Positions 1 to 10,089 of a stretch of 64,000 nt of DNA are shown here, one piece after another. The notes beneath the pieces were generated by a model that was not told the DNA's origin, did no database searches, and saw nothing but the letters and a program-made list of their open reading frames with translations. This DNA comes from Candidatus Saccharimonadota bacterium (lineage in GTDB: Bacteria; Patescibacteriota; Saccharimonadia; Saccharimonadales; OFTM59). The DNA lies in contig JAJDCK010000001.1 in the NCBI GenBank assembly GCA_029260855.1, positions 1,705 through 65,704 of the forward strand. The letters are read 5' to 3'. The position numbers were made by a program, and so were the translations under genes. Numbering within the stretch: the stretch's first letter is position 1; every line of letters begins with the position of its first letter.

Positions 1-2
1 TC

Positions 3-377
3 GTAGAAGAAAAAGATTTCGCTTTGGTGTGGCACTATCGAAATGTATCACCGGATCTAGCCTTTGTGCGCAAGGAAGAGCTAAAGATGGATCTTCAAGG
101 CCAACTTAGCGACAGCGAAATAGGTGTATTTGAAGGTAACAAGATTATTGAGATTAAACCAAAAAATATGCACAAAGGCGCGATTGTCGCTGAACTATTA
201 TCACAAGATAAGTGGGATTTCATAATGGCTATCGGAGACGATTATACCGACGAAGATATGTTCCGCGCCTTGCCAGAGCGGTCATATAGCATTCGTGTCG
301 GAGGAGGCGATACCGCGGCTCGGTATCAACTAGATAGTGTTGATGAGGTGATAAATTTGCTGGCAAATCTTAAGTAG
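3..377 (+). CDS. Trehalose-6-phosphate phosphatase (HAD) domain, 5'-truncated by window edge; probably the C-terminus of a bifunctional TPS/TPP
   Basis: Frame open from window start; motifs VWHYR, GNKIIEIKP, HKG, AIGDDYTDEDMF typical of OtsB/TPP. Confidence 0.85.
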   Translation, partial: VEEKDFALVWHYRNVSPDLAFVRKEELKMDLQGQLSDSEIGVFEGNKIIEIKPKNMHKGAIVAELLSQDKWDFIMAIGDDYTDEDMFRALPERSYSIRVGGGDTAARYQLDSVDEVINLLANLK

Positions 378-422
378 GTTAGGATTATATACGCAAACCT
401 AAGAGAACATTTAGGAGGTGTC

Positions 423-815
423 ATGCTCAAAGACTCGAAAGCGTTCAGCGGTTTTTCAATTATGAATATTACAGAATCTAAGAAGTTCTATGTAGAAACA
501 TTGGGGCTTGATGTCTCAGAAGACTGGATGGGACTAGTCCTCAAAATCCCAGACAGCAACAACGTGTTCTTGTACCAAAAGGACGACCATACACCTGCAA
601 CATTTACAGTTCTTAACTTCCCCGTGGACGACATAGACAATGCGGTTAATGAATTGGTTAGTAGAGGGGTCGTTTTTGAACATTATGACGACCTGGGAAA
701 CGGTGCAAAAACAGACGGAACAGGCGTGCTGCGCGGTAGATCGGCGAATATGGGGCCAGATATTGCCTGGTTTAAAGACCCTTCCGGCAATATACTTTCC
801 GTATTACAGAGCTAA
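423..815 (+). CDS. VOC/glyoxalase family protein
   Basis: [26 protein letters not shown] motifs; AGGAGG RBS upstream. Confidence 0.85.
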   Translation: MLKDSKAFSGFSIMNITESKKFYVETLGLDVSEDWMGLVLKIPDSNNVFLYQKDDHTPATFTVLNFPVDDIDNAVNELVSRGVVFEHYDDLGNGAKTDGTGVLRGRSANMGPDIAWFKDPSGNILSVLQS

Positions 816-906
816 TAGGTGTGCGGGTCTTCGTTGATTAGTATCTCACTGCCTACAGATCAGCTATAATGACATTCAACGTAAGTAAAATTGATCAAAG
901 GCTTTT

Positions 907-2568
907 ATGATATTGTCAGCAAATATTCGGGAGAAATCATTTGGCAGCAACCTGCTGTATAGTGGTGTAGATCTTGAGATTCAAAATGGTGAAAAGGTCG
1001 GCCTGATAGGTCGGAACGGTACGGGCAAGTCAACGTTATTCAATATCTTAAACGGCAAAGATAAAGACTATCAAGGCGAGGTCCAGATTAAGCGCGGGGC
1101 GATCGTTATTAGCAGCCGACAAGAACACCACGGCCACGAAGATAAGACTGTTCTAGAATATATTCAGGGCGACCTGCCAGACTATAAGCGCTTAACACAC
1201 ATTATAGACACTTATCCGGATTCAATGGGCAGCAACCAGACAAAGATCCAGACATTCAGCGATGCTCTGGTCAGATTTAATGAGCTCGGTTACTATCAGT
1301 TAGAGGATGAGATCAAGCAAGCCTTTGCTGTCTATCAGATTGACCCGTCCAATATGCATCGGGTTCTTGGGTCGCTTAGTGGCGGCCAAAAGCGCATGGT
1401 AGAACTTATCAAGGTGCAGCGCAGCCGAGGACATATTGCGCTAATCGATGAGCCCACAAACCACATGGATTACGTTGCAAAGCAGGCTTTTATCAAATGG
1501 CTACGCGCAGCAGATGAGGCTGTTTTGGTTATTACACATGACCGAGACGTGCTTAATAATGTCGACCGCATAATAGAAATACGCGACGGAAAAAGCTATG
1601 CCTTCCGCGGCAACTACGATACATACCTCCGAACCAATAAGGGCCAAATAACAGCCGAGGTAATAACGTATGATCTGACACAAAAACGGCTAGTCACACT
1701 CGCAGAAGACGTTGTGCGTTTCCGGCGCATGAAGGAAAAAGCTAGAACACCCGGAACCATCCGTAGGTTTAAGTCACAAGAGCAAAAAGCCAAAGATGAG
1801 CTAAATTTATTAAGTGCTCTTGAAAAACCGTCCTTTTGGATAGATCAAGAGTCGGCTAGTGGCATGACCCACAAAATGACCAGTACCTACGATAAATATA
1901 AGGCCACTAATATTAAAGTGCGCACACGCACGAAGGAAGCTACAGATAATAGCAACGCATTACTAAAAATTGACAAGTTGAGTTTAGGATATAACGGCAA
2001 AGCACTGTTTGAAAACGTAAGTTTCTCACTACGAACCGGCGAAAGACAAAGGCTTCATGGCCGCAATGGAGCCGGCAAAACTACGTTTGTTTCTGCGATC
2101 ATGGCAGAGGCACAAGGAGCCAACCCTACATCAGAACGTTTGTTCGGGAGTATTCAGATTGACAAGGGGCTTCGTATTGGACATTATGAGCAAGAAATTG
2201 ATTCTAAATACTTGAAGCTGACATTAAACGAGGCCCTTGAAAATGTTTTGCGCGACAAGGGGCTACCGATTAGTTCACAGCATATCAAGCAGCTTTTGAG
2301 TGATTACTTGTTTAACCCGTCTGTTGATGGAGATATGCCTGTAAGCCGTCTCAGTGGCGGTCAAAAAGCGCGCCTACAAATAATTTCTATGCTTGTTGAT
2401 GATCCTCAAATACTCATATTAGACGAGCCCACGAACCATTTAGACCTACCCAGCATTGAAGAGCTTGAAAACGCACTCATCCAATATCATGGAGCAATTA
2501 TCTACATTTCGCATGATAGTTTTCTGGCCACTAAACTTGGTGGTAAAACAGTTCTAATTGGGGAGTAG
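907..2568 (+). CDS. ABC-F family ATPase
   Basis: Two NBDs (GRNGTGKS/LSGGQ/DEPTNH and GRNGAGKT/LSGGQ/DEPTNH), no TM segments. Confidence 0.9.
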   Translation: MILSANIREKSFGSNLLYSGVDLEIQNGEKVGLIGRNGTGKSTLFNILNGKDKDYQGEVQIKRGAIVISSRQEHHGHEDKTVLEYIQGDLPDYKRLTHIIDTYPDSMGSNQTKIQTFSDALVRFNELGYYQLEDEIKQAFAVYQIDPSNMHRVLGSLSGGQKRMVELIKVQRSRGHIALIDEPTNHMDYVAKQAFIKWLRAADEAVLVITHDRDVLNNVDRIIEIRDGKSYAFRGNYDTYLRTNKGQITAEVITYDLTQKRLVTLAEDVVRFRRMKEKARTPGTIRRFKSQEQKAKDELNLLSALEKPSFWIDQESASGMTHKMTSTYDKYKATNIKVRTRTKEATDNSNALLKIDKLSLGYNGKALFENVSFSLRTGERQRLHGRNGAGKTTFVSAIMAEAQGANPTSERLFGSIQIDKGLRIGHYEQEIDSKYLKLTLNEALENVLRDKGLPISSQHIKQLLSDYLFNPSVDGDMPVSRLSGGQKARLQIISMLVDDPQILILDEPTNHLDLPSIEELENALIQYHGAIIYISHDSFLATKLGGKTVLIGE

Positions 2569-2687
2569 CTCACGGCGCCACGTTTTTCTATGCGGTAAGA
2601 GAAGCGCAAACAATAATTATGATGATTGCGGCTGTATATGTTTTGTGTGACTAAAATTTAAGATATAACACGAGGCAGACCAAGAAT

Positions 2688-3587
2688 TCAAAGAATTGTG
2701 CATAGTGCCCCTGGTAAGTTAGTAATCACGACTTCCGTGCTACCTTTAAGCCCGACTATTTCTCCATCAAGTTGCAGCAATGTATCTTCGCAGACATCAA
2801 AAGCATATGAGGAAGCACGTGTTGATTTCGGGGGTTTGGCCTGCGCCATTTGAATAAGCTGCTTAATCCTGTGTGACGGTGACCTAAACCCAATCATCTG
2901 TACTTCAAACAAGCCGTCATCCATACTTGACTCATCGGACAGCGTCAACCACCTTGCCATTTTTGGAGTGTTTGAAAAAATTAGACTATCAATTTTTTTA
3001 TATCTGCCGCGCCGTTTGATTTTGACCGGCTTAAACTTTGCGATAGATTTCGCTGCTATAATCTTATCGTTAAAGTTATTTACATCCGTAGAGTTTAGCT
3101 CCTTGCCGATGTACGGAGATAACCCTAGGCCTATATAAGAGTGAGCATATCTTTCCGTTCGCTGACCATTTTCGTTAGTGTACTGCGCCCCGAGTAAGTC
3201 TACCTGGCGAGTCCGGTTGTGCTGTATATTCGCAATCAGGGTTGATTCATTGCCTTTTAAGCTGCGAAAATGGTCGTTGGCATGACCAGCAGGTAGCACT
3301 CCGCAGATTGGCATTATTTTTGTTCGCGCCCGTACTTTCATAGCCCCATTGATTAGCTCGTTATAACCCCCGTCTCCGCTCGCAGCCAGAAGGACCACGT
3401 TCTCGCCACCGTGTTTTTCCGCCAGCTCTATAGCATGAAGCGCGTATTCGGTCGGGATGACCCGCACCGTTAAGCTTGGCATGGTTTTTTTTAACTGCTT
3501 CTCCAGCTTTAAAGACATTTTTCTACCAGGGCCGGTACTCACCGGGTTGTAGACTATTACTACCTCTTGTATTGCTTGATTACTCAT
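2688..3587 (-). CDS. Diacylglycerol kinase family lipid kinase
   Basis: YNPVS, SGDGG, LPAGHANDH, QLDGE motifs. Confidence 0.85.
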   Translation of the reverse strand: MSNQAIQEVVIVYNPVSTGPGRKMSLKLEKQLKKTMPSLTVRVIPTEYALHAIELAEKHGGENVVLLAASGDGGYNELINGAMKVRARTKIMPICGVLPAGHANDHFRSLKGNESTLIANIQHNRTRQVDLLGAQYTNENGQRTERYAHSYIGLGLSPYIGKELNSTDVNNFNDKIIAAKSIAKFKPVKIKRRGRYKKIDSLIFSNTPKMARWLTLSDESSMDDGLFEVQMIGFRSPSHRIKQLIQMAQAKPPKSTRASSYAFDVCEDTLLQLDGEIVGLKGSTEVVITNLPGALCTIL

Positions 3588-3701
3588 AGCGCTGACACTA
3601 CATTATATGGGATTGCGCCATTAAGCGACACATTTTAACAATAAGCCGATTTCGACTGCGTGATTGAACAGACAATATTTAAAGACAGGCACTAAAAAAT
3701 T

Positions 3702-4712
3702 TTATACAGGGGTCTTCTTTTTGGATGACTGCGCATTAACTTCGTAACTAGTGTTGATAGATTCAAAGAAGTTAACAAGCTCAAGCGTATCATTAGCTGT
3801 AGCCATCCATTTAGCTGGGTTACTGACTTTGTACTCAGCCTCAAAGCCAAGCTCTTCCAGTCTACGATCCGCCAGATATTTAACGTATTGATTTATGTAG
3901 TCAGCGTTCAGCCCCAATATACCATTAGGAAGCAGGTCTTTATTATATTGCTCTTCCATAGCAACACCGTCTAGTATCATTTGTTTGATTTCTTGTGCAA
4001 ACTCTTCGGTTTGCAAGTCCGGGTTTTCTTCCAGCACGGTCAGTATTAGGTTGATCCCGAACTTGAGGTGGAGGGACTCATCCCTTACAACCCAACTGAT
4101 TAGTGATCCGAAGTTGCGTAGCAAATTGCGCTGGCGGAAAGACAGAGCAACCATGAAACCGCTATAGAACCAAAGTCCTTCTAGGATAATATTGTAGGCC
4201 ACTAAATTACGGACAAAATCTTTCTTGCCCTCAGTGGTAGTAATATCTATTTGGTTCTCGGTCATGCGTTTGATGAATTTGACCTCAAATTCTTCTTTTT
4301 TGATCATTGAGGGAACTGTTACATGGGCGGCATACGAATCTTCGCGCTCGATAGGAAATGTTTCCAGCACATACTCGAAACTCATGCAATGATTAGCTTC
4401 TTCCCACATCTGTTTGGCCAGGTACATGTGCGCTTCTGGCGCGTTGATGTATGGATAAACACCAAAGGCCAGAGCCTTATTGACTAACAGCTCATTTGGA
4501 TTAAAATAGCTCATTAAAAATTTTAGAGCGTGTTTCTCTTCGTCGCTGAATCTTTTGAAGTCAGCCAGATCTAAGTCAAGCTGAATCTCGTTAGGAAACC
4601 ATGTGTTACGCACCGCTTGCTCGTATAAATCATAGGCCCACTGATAACGGATCGGTTTAAGCAATAAGCCGTCTTGTATACCTGTCCCTAAAATACCCTT
4701 TGGTTGCGCCAT
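3702..4712 (-). CDS. nrdB: Ribonucleotide reductase beta subunit, class Ic-like
   Basis: EEANH, ILEG.WFYSGF, RDESLH, NFFE..TSY; start moved to the ATG at 4712 (MAQPK) just after the upstream small ORF. Confidence 0.92.
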   Translation of the reverse strand: MAQPKGILGTGIQDGLLLKPIRYQWAYDLYEQAVRNTWFPNEIQLDLDLADFKRFSDEEKHALKFLMSYFNPNELLVNKALAFGVYPYINAPEAHMYLAKQMWEEANHCMSFEYVLETFPIEREDSYAAHVTVPSMIKKEEFEVKFIKRMTENQIDITTTEGKKDFVRNLVAYNIILEGLWFYSGFMVALSFRQRNLLRNFGSLISWVVRDESLHLKFGINLILTVLEENPDLQTEEFAQEIKQMILDGVAMEEQYNKDLLPNGILGLNADYINQYVKYLADRRLEELGFEAEYKVSNPAKWMATANDTLELVNFFESINTSYEVNAQSSKKKTPV

Positions 4713-4713
4713 C

Positions 4714-4923
4714 TTATTCACACCCTTCGCACTGAAACGCGTCTTGCGGGTCAACAGGCGCATTTATATTCAACCCCTTAATTTTTGCCCGAGCCTTTTG
4801 TTGTTCGGCTGCAATCGCTTGGGCGATCTGATTTAATTTTTCTTCTATATCCTCTTCAGCGTCGTCGATAGCGTCAACTGCATTCATTAATTTTTGTATT
4901 GTTTTGTTTGTGCTAGAAGCCAT
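4714..4923 (-). CDS. 69-aa protein ending in CEGCE, resembling a detached NrdA C-terminal redox tail
   Basis: Own AGGAG RBS; fills the nrdA-nrdB gap; stop codon 1 nt from the nrdB start. Confidence 0.75.
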   Translation of the reverse strand: MASSTNKTIQKLMNAVDAIDDAEEDIEEKLNQIAQAIAAEQQKARAKIKGLNINAPVDPQDAFQCEGCE

Positions 4924-4946
4924 GCTGTTTTCTCCTATTTATTAGT

Positions 4947-7340
4947 TTATGCGCTTGTTCGCTTAGCAAACCCGAAGCCTGCTTTGTTCTTTGAAATACT
5001 GGTAGACTTATTAACCTTAACCGTGCTTTGTTCTGCCGTGTGCCGCGGCTTCATATGCAGGTAATATGTGGTCTTTAGGCCTTTTTCCCACGCCTTGGTA
5101 TAGATATCGACCATATCGTCTATTTCGCGTGTTTCTAGGTACATGTTTCGTGACATGGATTGGTCAATCCACTTTTGGGCTCGTGCAGCTACCTCTATAA
5201 AAGCATATGGCGATAACTGGAACGAGGTCTTGTACACATCCCGGACTTCCTGAGGTATAGCCTCTATCTCCTGAATATCACCTTGAGCACGCAAAATATC
5301 TTCGCGAACTTCTTCCCATATACCTAACTCTTTTAGGTCATTCACAAGGTTAGCGTTCACTTCTAGGAACTTGCCATTTAGAGTGGCTCTGCTGAAAATC
5401 TGTGAAAACTGCGGATCAATTCCTGGTGTTGTGCCAGCAACATGGGCAATATTGGCCGTTGGTGCTATGGCCATCAGCGTTGCGTTGCGCATGCCCTTCT
5501 TGACTTTTTTGCGCAGCTTAGCCCAGTCCATTCTTTGAGTACGGTTTACTTCAATTTTGACTTTTCGATCCTTAGCAGTTGTTTCAAGCGTATCAAACGG
5601 GACCACACCTTGACTCCAGCGTGAACCTTTGTAGTTCGGGTAGCTTCCACGCTCTTCTGCTAGGCTAGCGCTTTCATCAATCGCATGGTAGCTGACAAAC
5701 TCCGCAATGCGATCGCTAAGCTCATAGGCCTGCTCGCTGTCGTACGGGAAACCAAGTCGCTCAGTTACGTCCGTAAAACCCATCACGCCCAGGCCAACGG
5801 CTCTGTTCATTTTGTTGGAATGCATGGCTTCGGGAATTGGGGTGGTTGTTATGTCAATCAGGTTATCTAGCTGGCGAATAGCAGAACGAACGCTAGATTC
5901 TAGGCGCTTCCAGTCAAAATCTTTCTGTTCATCTAGTAGGTGAGCCGACAAGTTAAGGCTAGCCAGGTTACACACCGCAATATTGTTCTCATCTTGCGGT
6001 AAGCATATCTCAGTACAAAGATTAGACATGTGAATAGTACCCGTGTTGTTGTTGAGGGCGCGGTTGTTGGTGGTGTCCTTCCAGGTCAGCCACGGATGCG
6101 AGGTAGTTTGTAGACTCATCAGTATTGATCTGAACTGCTCGCGCGCCTTAATTCTCTTGAATACACGCATCTTTCCGGATTCGGCTAGCTTGACATATTC
6201 GTTGTAACGCTTAGAAAAGGCAGAGCCGTAAAGCTCGTTTAGATCACTGACTTCAGCTGGGTCAAACAAATACCAGTCAGCGTCATTTTTCACTCGTTTC
6301 ATAAACTCGTCCGAAATCCATACGGCAGTATTGGCCGTTCTGGCGCGACGATAGGGGTCGCCAGAGTTTTGTTTAAGGTCAAGATACTGTGGGAAGTCGA
6401 GGTGCCAGTTTTCTAAGTAGAAACAAAGCGCGCCTGCCTTTTTCCCTTTGCGGCTGACAGCTCGCAAAATCGAGTCAACGGTATGCATGTAGGGTATAGG
6501 GCCAGTAGACACCGTATTTGTGCTGCGTACTGGCGAACCCTCCGCGCGAAGCTTGGTCATACTAAGGCCTATACCGCCAGTACCCTTACTCATCCACATG
6601 ACGTCACGGTTGGCTTTTGCGATTGATTCAATATCGTCCTGGACCTCCATCAAGAAACAGTTAGCTAGTTGCGGGAAGTGCGTACCAGCGTTAACGTTAG
6701 TTGAGCCGCCAGGGATATAGTCCAAGCGAGACATGTGCTCATAAAAGTTCAGTGCTGCTTCTGTTGGGTTCTTTTCGTTGAAGCTCAACCCCATCGCAAC
6801 ACGCATACGCGAATACTGAGGCACCTCAATCGTCTCGCCGTCTAGTCTACGCAAAGAGTAGCGATTCCGGCTAGTAATAACCCCAAGGTACTTCATAAGA
6901 TTGTCTCTTGAAGGGTCAATAGCAAGCGCAAGCTTTTTAAGGTCAAAAAGTTTGTCGTTCATGCGCTTGTCAAGTAGCCCCTCACGGACGCCATCCTTGA
7001 TATATTGAATAAATTTGGTCCGGTGAAGTTCTACCAGTTCTTCGTCAGTGTTGAAGTCGCCCAAAACTTGCTTGTAAATAGTTTTGAGCAGCAAGCGTGC
7101 CGCTATCGTGTCATAGTCAGGATCATCTTTGACGTTCTGTAGCGCAGTGTTGATCGCCGCTTGGTCCAGCTGCGTAGTAGTAATACCGTCAAACAATGTC
7201 AGCGACAGCTCAGTCGCAATCTGAACCACCTTAGAAATTTGGTCTGGGAGACCCCTTGACGCGCGCTCCAGCGCACGATTGATTCTGTCGGCGTTGTACG
7301 GCTCTCTCTTACCGTCGACGTGCTGGACAGTGATATCCAT
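4947..7340 (-). CDS. nrdA: Ribonucleotide reductase alpha subunit with N-terminal ATP cone
   Basis: ANCFL, SNLCTEI, VCNLAS, APTA, KTTYY motifs; AAGGAGG RBS. Confidence 0.95.
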   Translation of the reverse strand: MDITVQHVDGKREPYNADRINRALERASRGLPDQISKVVQIATELSLTLFDGITTTQLDQAAINTALQNVKDDPDYDTIAARLLLKTIYKQVLGDFNTDEELVELHRTKFIQYIKDGVREGLLDKRMNDKLFDLKKLALAIDPSRDNLMKYLGVITSRNRYSLRRLDGETIEVPQYSRMRVAMGLSFNEKNPTEAALNFYEHMSRLDYIPGGSTNVNAGTHFPQLANCFLMEVQDDIESIAKANRDVMWMSKGTGGIGLSMTKLRAEGSPVRSTNTVSTGPIPYMHTVDSILRAVSRKGKKAGALCFYLENWHLDFPQYLDLKQNSGDPYRRARTANTAVWISDEFMKRVKNDADWYLFDPAEVSDLNELYGSAFSKRYNEYVKLAESGKMRVFKRIKAREQFRSILMSLQTTSHPWLTWKDTTNNRALNNNTGTIHMSNLCTEICLPQDENNIAVCNLASLNLSAHLLDEQKDFDWKRLESSVRSAIRQLDNLIDITTTPIPEAMHSNKMNRAVGLGVMGFTDVTERLGFPYDSEQAYELSDRIAEFVSYHAIDESASLAEERGSYPNYKGSRWSQGVVPFDTLETTAKDRKVKIEVNRTQRMDWAKLRKKVKKGMRNATLMAIAPTANIAHVAGTTPGIDPQFSQIFSRATLNGKFLEVNANLVNDLKELGIWEEVREDILRAQGDIQEIEAIPQEVRDVYKTSFQLSPYAFIEVAARAQKWIDQSMSRNMYLETREIDDMVDIYTKAWEKGLKTTYYLHMKPRHTAEQSTVKVNKSTSISKNKAGFGFAKRTSA

Positions 7341-7589
7341 TGTACCCTCCTTATTTTTGTAAGTTTTAATTTTGCCTCAAGCTCGCCCGTTCAGGGTTAG
7401 CTAAAAAGTAAAAGCTCCCACTTTCACATCCAGCTTACACGTGCTGCCCAAAAACGTAAAGACCAAATTTTGGGGCAACTATACCGAACGCAATGGCGTC
7501 TGGCGTCGCAGTTACAGTTTAAAAACTACTGTTTTTAAACATTTTCAGGGGAAAACCTGAAATTCCGGACGCTGGGTGTAGTGCTTAGT

Positions 7590-7645
7590 ACACCATATGT
7601 AGCGCTCGTATTTGAGTATACTACTCTATGGGTAGTTGTTGTCAA
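7590..7645 (-). promoter_or_regulatory. Putative nrdA promoter with NrdR-box-like site
   Basis: TTGACA (7640-7645) with TAGTAT/TATACT 16-19 nt downstream; ACACCATATGTAGCG at 7590-7604 resembles NrdR consensus acaCwAtATaTwGtg. Confidence 0.5.
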
Positions 7646-7820
7646 ACAATTTTCGTACTAGAATTTACTACAAGTTTGTTTTAAGGAGTTGGATTTCGTG
7701 TCTCATCTGGTCTGAAACATAAGTGAATACAAGGGGTTGCGAAACAGTCTGATAAATAACTAATAGCCAACTATATTTATAGTAGCTAAGCTGTAGGCGT
7801 TAATCTAATAAGGGGGGGTT

Positions 7821-7982
7821 ATGGCTAAATCAAACCGTGGGTTTGCGAGTATGAACAAGGCTAAGCAGAGAGAAATCGCCAGCATGGGTGGAAGTCGCAG
7901 CCCAAGCAATTTTAAAAACGACAGGGCCAAGGCCAGCCGGGCCGGTAAAAAAGGGGGGCGAAGTAGCAGACAAAGTCGGTAG
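7821..7982 (+). CDS. KGG-repeat stress-induced small protein (YciG/GsiB-like), 53 aa, absent from ORF track
   Basis: Translates MAKSNRGFASMNKAKQREIASMGGSRSPSNFKNDRAKASRAGKKGGRSSRQSR; G-rich RBS. Confidence 0.85.
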   Translation: MAKSNRGFASMNKAKQREIASMGGSRSPSNFKNDRAKASRAGKKGGRSSRQSR

Positions 7983-8167
7983 TAATCTTCAGGATATGCC
8001 GGTTACAAGCCTGTGTCGCTCATGACTTGTGCTGAAATTGGGTACAAGGCTATACACTTGGCTTGGCTGTGGTTACCAGGCTTTACGGGATCATACATAG
8101 AAGCCCATGTCAAGCCACGAGAGTGTGTGGTTTGACCAAAGCAGGCATAGTGTGCTTGAATCGGATC

Positions 8168-8725
8168 ATGGCTAAAAAACAGTTAGGGTATTTACGCTCG
8201 TGTGTTGTTAGGGCCACTCGCGTACACTTCGCCTTAGTGTTTGTCTTGGCTTCTTCTATAGTGATATTTGACGGGTGGAACTACATTACTCTTGAGAATG
8301 CGCTAAACCGCTGGATGATTGTTGCGGCTTTATTGGTGGTCAATACAGTCGTCTGGTATGCCTCACGTAACCTTGGAAAAAAATCAGGATACTATAAGGC
8401 TTTGATGCTGGGGCTAATAGTGTCAGATATAGCTGTCGCGGCAATGTTCGTGTATAACGATCGAGGCATCGCTAGCCCCGCTGTTATGTTGTACGCCATC
8501 CCAATAGCCACTTCTGCAGTCCTGTACAGCCGTCGCGCTCTATTTGCCACCGCAGCCCTTTGTACCGCAGCTTACAACCTGACTGTTGTAAGCTACTTTG
8601 TCCTCAATTTTAATGAAGCAATTACTGTTCAACTTTACGGAACAGCTGCTCTGTACAGTGCTGTTTTCTTTGTAATTGCTGCCCTGCTATGGGTAGTAAT
8701 CACTCCATACGAACAAACCGACTAG
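8168..8725 (+). CDS. Hypothetical multi-pass membrane protein
   Basis: About six hydrophobic segments; ATG at 8168 chosen. Confidence 0.7.
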   Translation: MAKKQLGYLRSCVVRATRVHFALVFVLASSIVIFDGWNYITLENALNRWMIVAALLVVNTVVWYASRNLGKKSGYYKALMLGLIVSDIAVAAMFVYNDRGIASPAVMLYAIPIATSAVLYSRRALFATAALCTAAYNLTVVSYFVLNFNEAITVQLYGTAALYSAVFFVIAALLWVVITPYEQTD

Positions 8726-8743
8726 GACTAAGTGACTCGCCTA

Positions 8744-9358
8744 CTAAATCATCAACTGCTTACGCTTGAAGAATAGTTTTGCCAAAAGCGCAAATATGAG
8801 CACACCAACGTAAAGTAGAGAGAAAGAGGCCGCGAAGACTACCAGGCTATATGTGTTTGTGTCCGCAAATAGCCTTTGCGCCAAAATTGCTACTAAAGGC
8901 GTGAGCACAAAACCCATAAGCATCCCCCATAAGACAATCAGTCCGTACAAAAGAATATGGGCAGAGAACTGAACGAAAACCTCACCCCAGAACCGCCAGC
9001 GGGTGTAATTGCTGGGATGCATGAAATGGGTGTCTACGTTAACGTCGTTTTTTACTTCGGCGTAGACATTATAGACAGACTGCGCCAGACTAAACACAAA
9101 CAAGCCGGTTAGGCTCCAAAATATAAAGACCGCACTTGACGGAACAAAAGTCAGGCCTTCGATAAATTCAAAGAACTTATCTGAATACATACGAAAAACA
9201 TCTTCGCCTGTCTGGGGTACATTACCGGTTTGATTTAGTAGATATGTAGTTATGTATGTGAGATTTGCAACGAACACTATTGCTACGGCGACAAAAAAAT
9301 ATAGCAAAACCTCAAGTTTGCTGGGGACAAGGTAGTCGCTAACTGTGTTCTTTAACAT
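8744..9358 (-). CDS. Hypothetical membrane protein
   Basis: About four TM segments; ATG at 9358 avoids overlap with sodA. Confidence 0.7.
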   Translation of the reverse strand: MLKNTVSDYLVPSKLEVLLYFFVAVAIVFVANLTYITTYLLNQTGNVPQTGEDVFRMYSDKFFEFIEGLTFVPSSAVFIFWSLTGLFVFSLAQSVYNVYAEVKNDVNVDTHFMHPSNYTRWRFWGEVFVQFSAHILLYGLIVLWGMLMGFVLTPLVAILAQRLFADTNTYSLVVFAASFSLLYVGVLIFALLAKLFFKRKQLMI

Positions 9359-9441
9359 ATTTGTATAACGTTTACTGTGTTCATATAATACAGTCTTTGT
9401 CCGTTTTACTGTTAGGGGTTTATATAATTTTGTCGTTGGAC

Positions 9442-10032
9442 CTAAAGTCTTTTTGCTACAGCCGACCAGTTTACTACGCTCCACCAGTTCTCAATATACT
9501 CAGGCCTACGGTTTTGGTATTTCAAATAGTATGCATGCTCCCAAACATCAAGTCCAAGTAACGGTTTTATTCCATTCATGATCGGCGAATCTTGGTTGGG
9601 GGTGCTTATAATTTTTACACCGTTCCCGTCCTTCAGAAGCCAGACCCAGCCACTACCAAAACGAGCGGCGCCCGCACTAGCAAACTGTTTTTTGAACTCT
9701 TCAAAACTATCAAAAGACACTTTTATCCTATCGCTTAATTCACCGCTTGGTGAATTTTCACCTCCGGGTACCATCAGTTCCCAGAACAAACTATGGTTAT
9801 AATGTCCACCGCCATTGTTCTGTACGGCCGTGCGCTTATCTTCTGGTAACGATGAAAGATTTTGCAGCACCTCTTCAATGGTCTTGTCTGCCCATTCTGT
9901 AGCTTCCAGCGCAGTATTTAGCTTGTCAACGTATGTTTGATGGTGCTTGGAATGGTGCAACTCCATTGTTTTGGCGTCTATGTATGGCTCAAGTGCATCA
10001 TAGCTATATGGCAGTTTTGGTAGTAAAAACAT
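9442..10032 (-). CDS. sodA: Mn/Fe superoxide dismutase
   Basis: [22 protein letters not shown]. Confidence 0.95.
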   Translation of the reverse strand: MFLLPKLPYSYDALEPYIDAKTMELHHSKHHQTYVDKLNTALEATEWADKTIEEVLQNLSSLPEDKRTAVQNNGGGHYNHSLFWELMVPGGENSPSGELSDRIKVSFDSFEEFKKQFASAGAARFGSGWVWLLKDGNGVKIISTPNQDSPIMNGIKPLLGLDVWEHAYYLKYQNRRPEYIENWWSVVNWSAVAKRL

Positions 10033-10089
10033 AGTGGCCTCCGGTTACCATACCAGTATATCAATAAGCTGGCATATAAGGCATCTAGC

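Noticed and set aside
4924..4946. Frameshift or readthrough fusing nrdA to the CxxC ORF
   Set aside because: Two in-frame TAA codons and a dedicated RBS precede the small ORF
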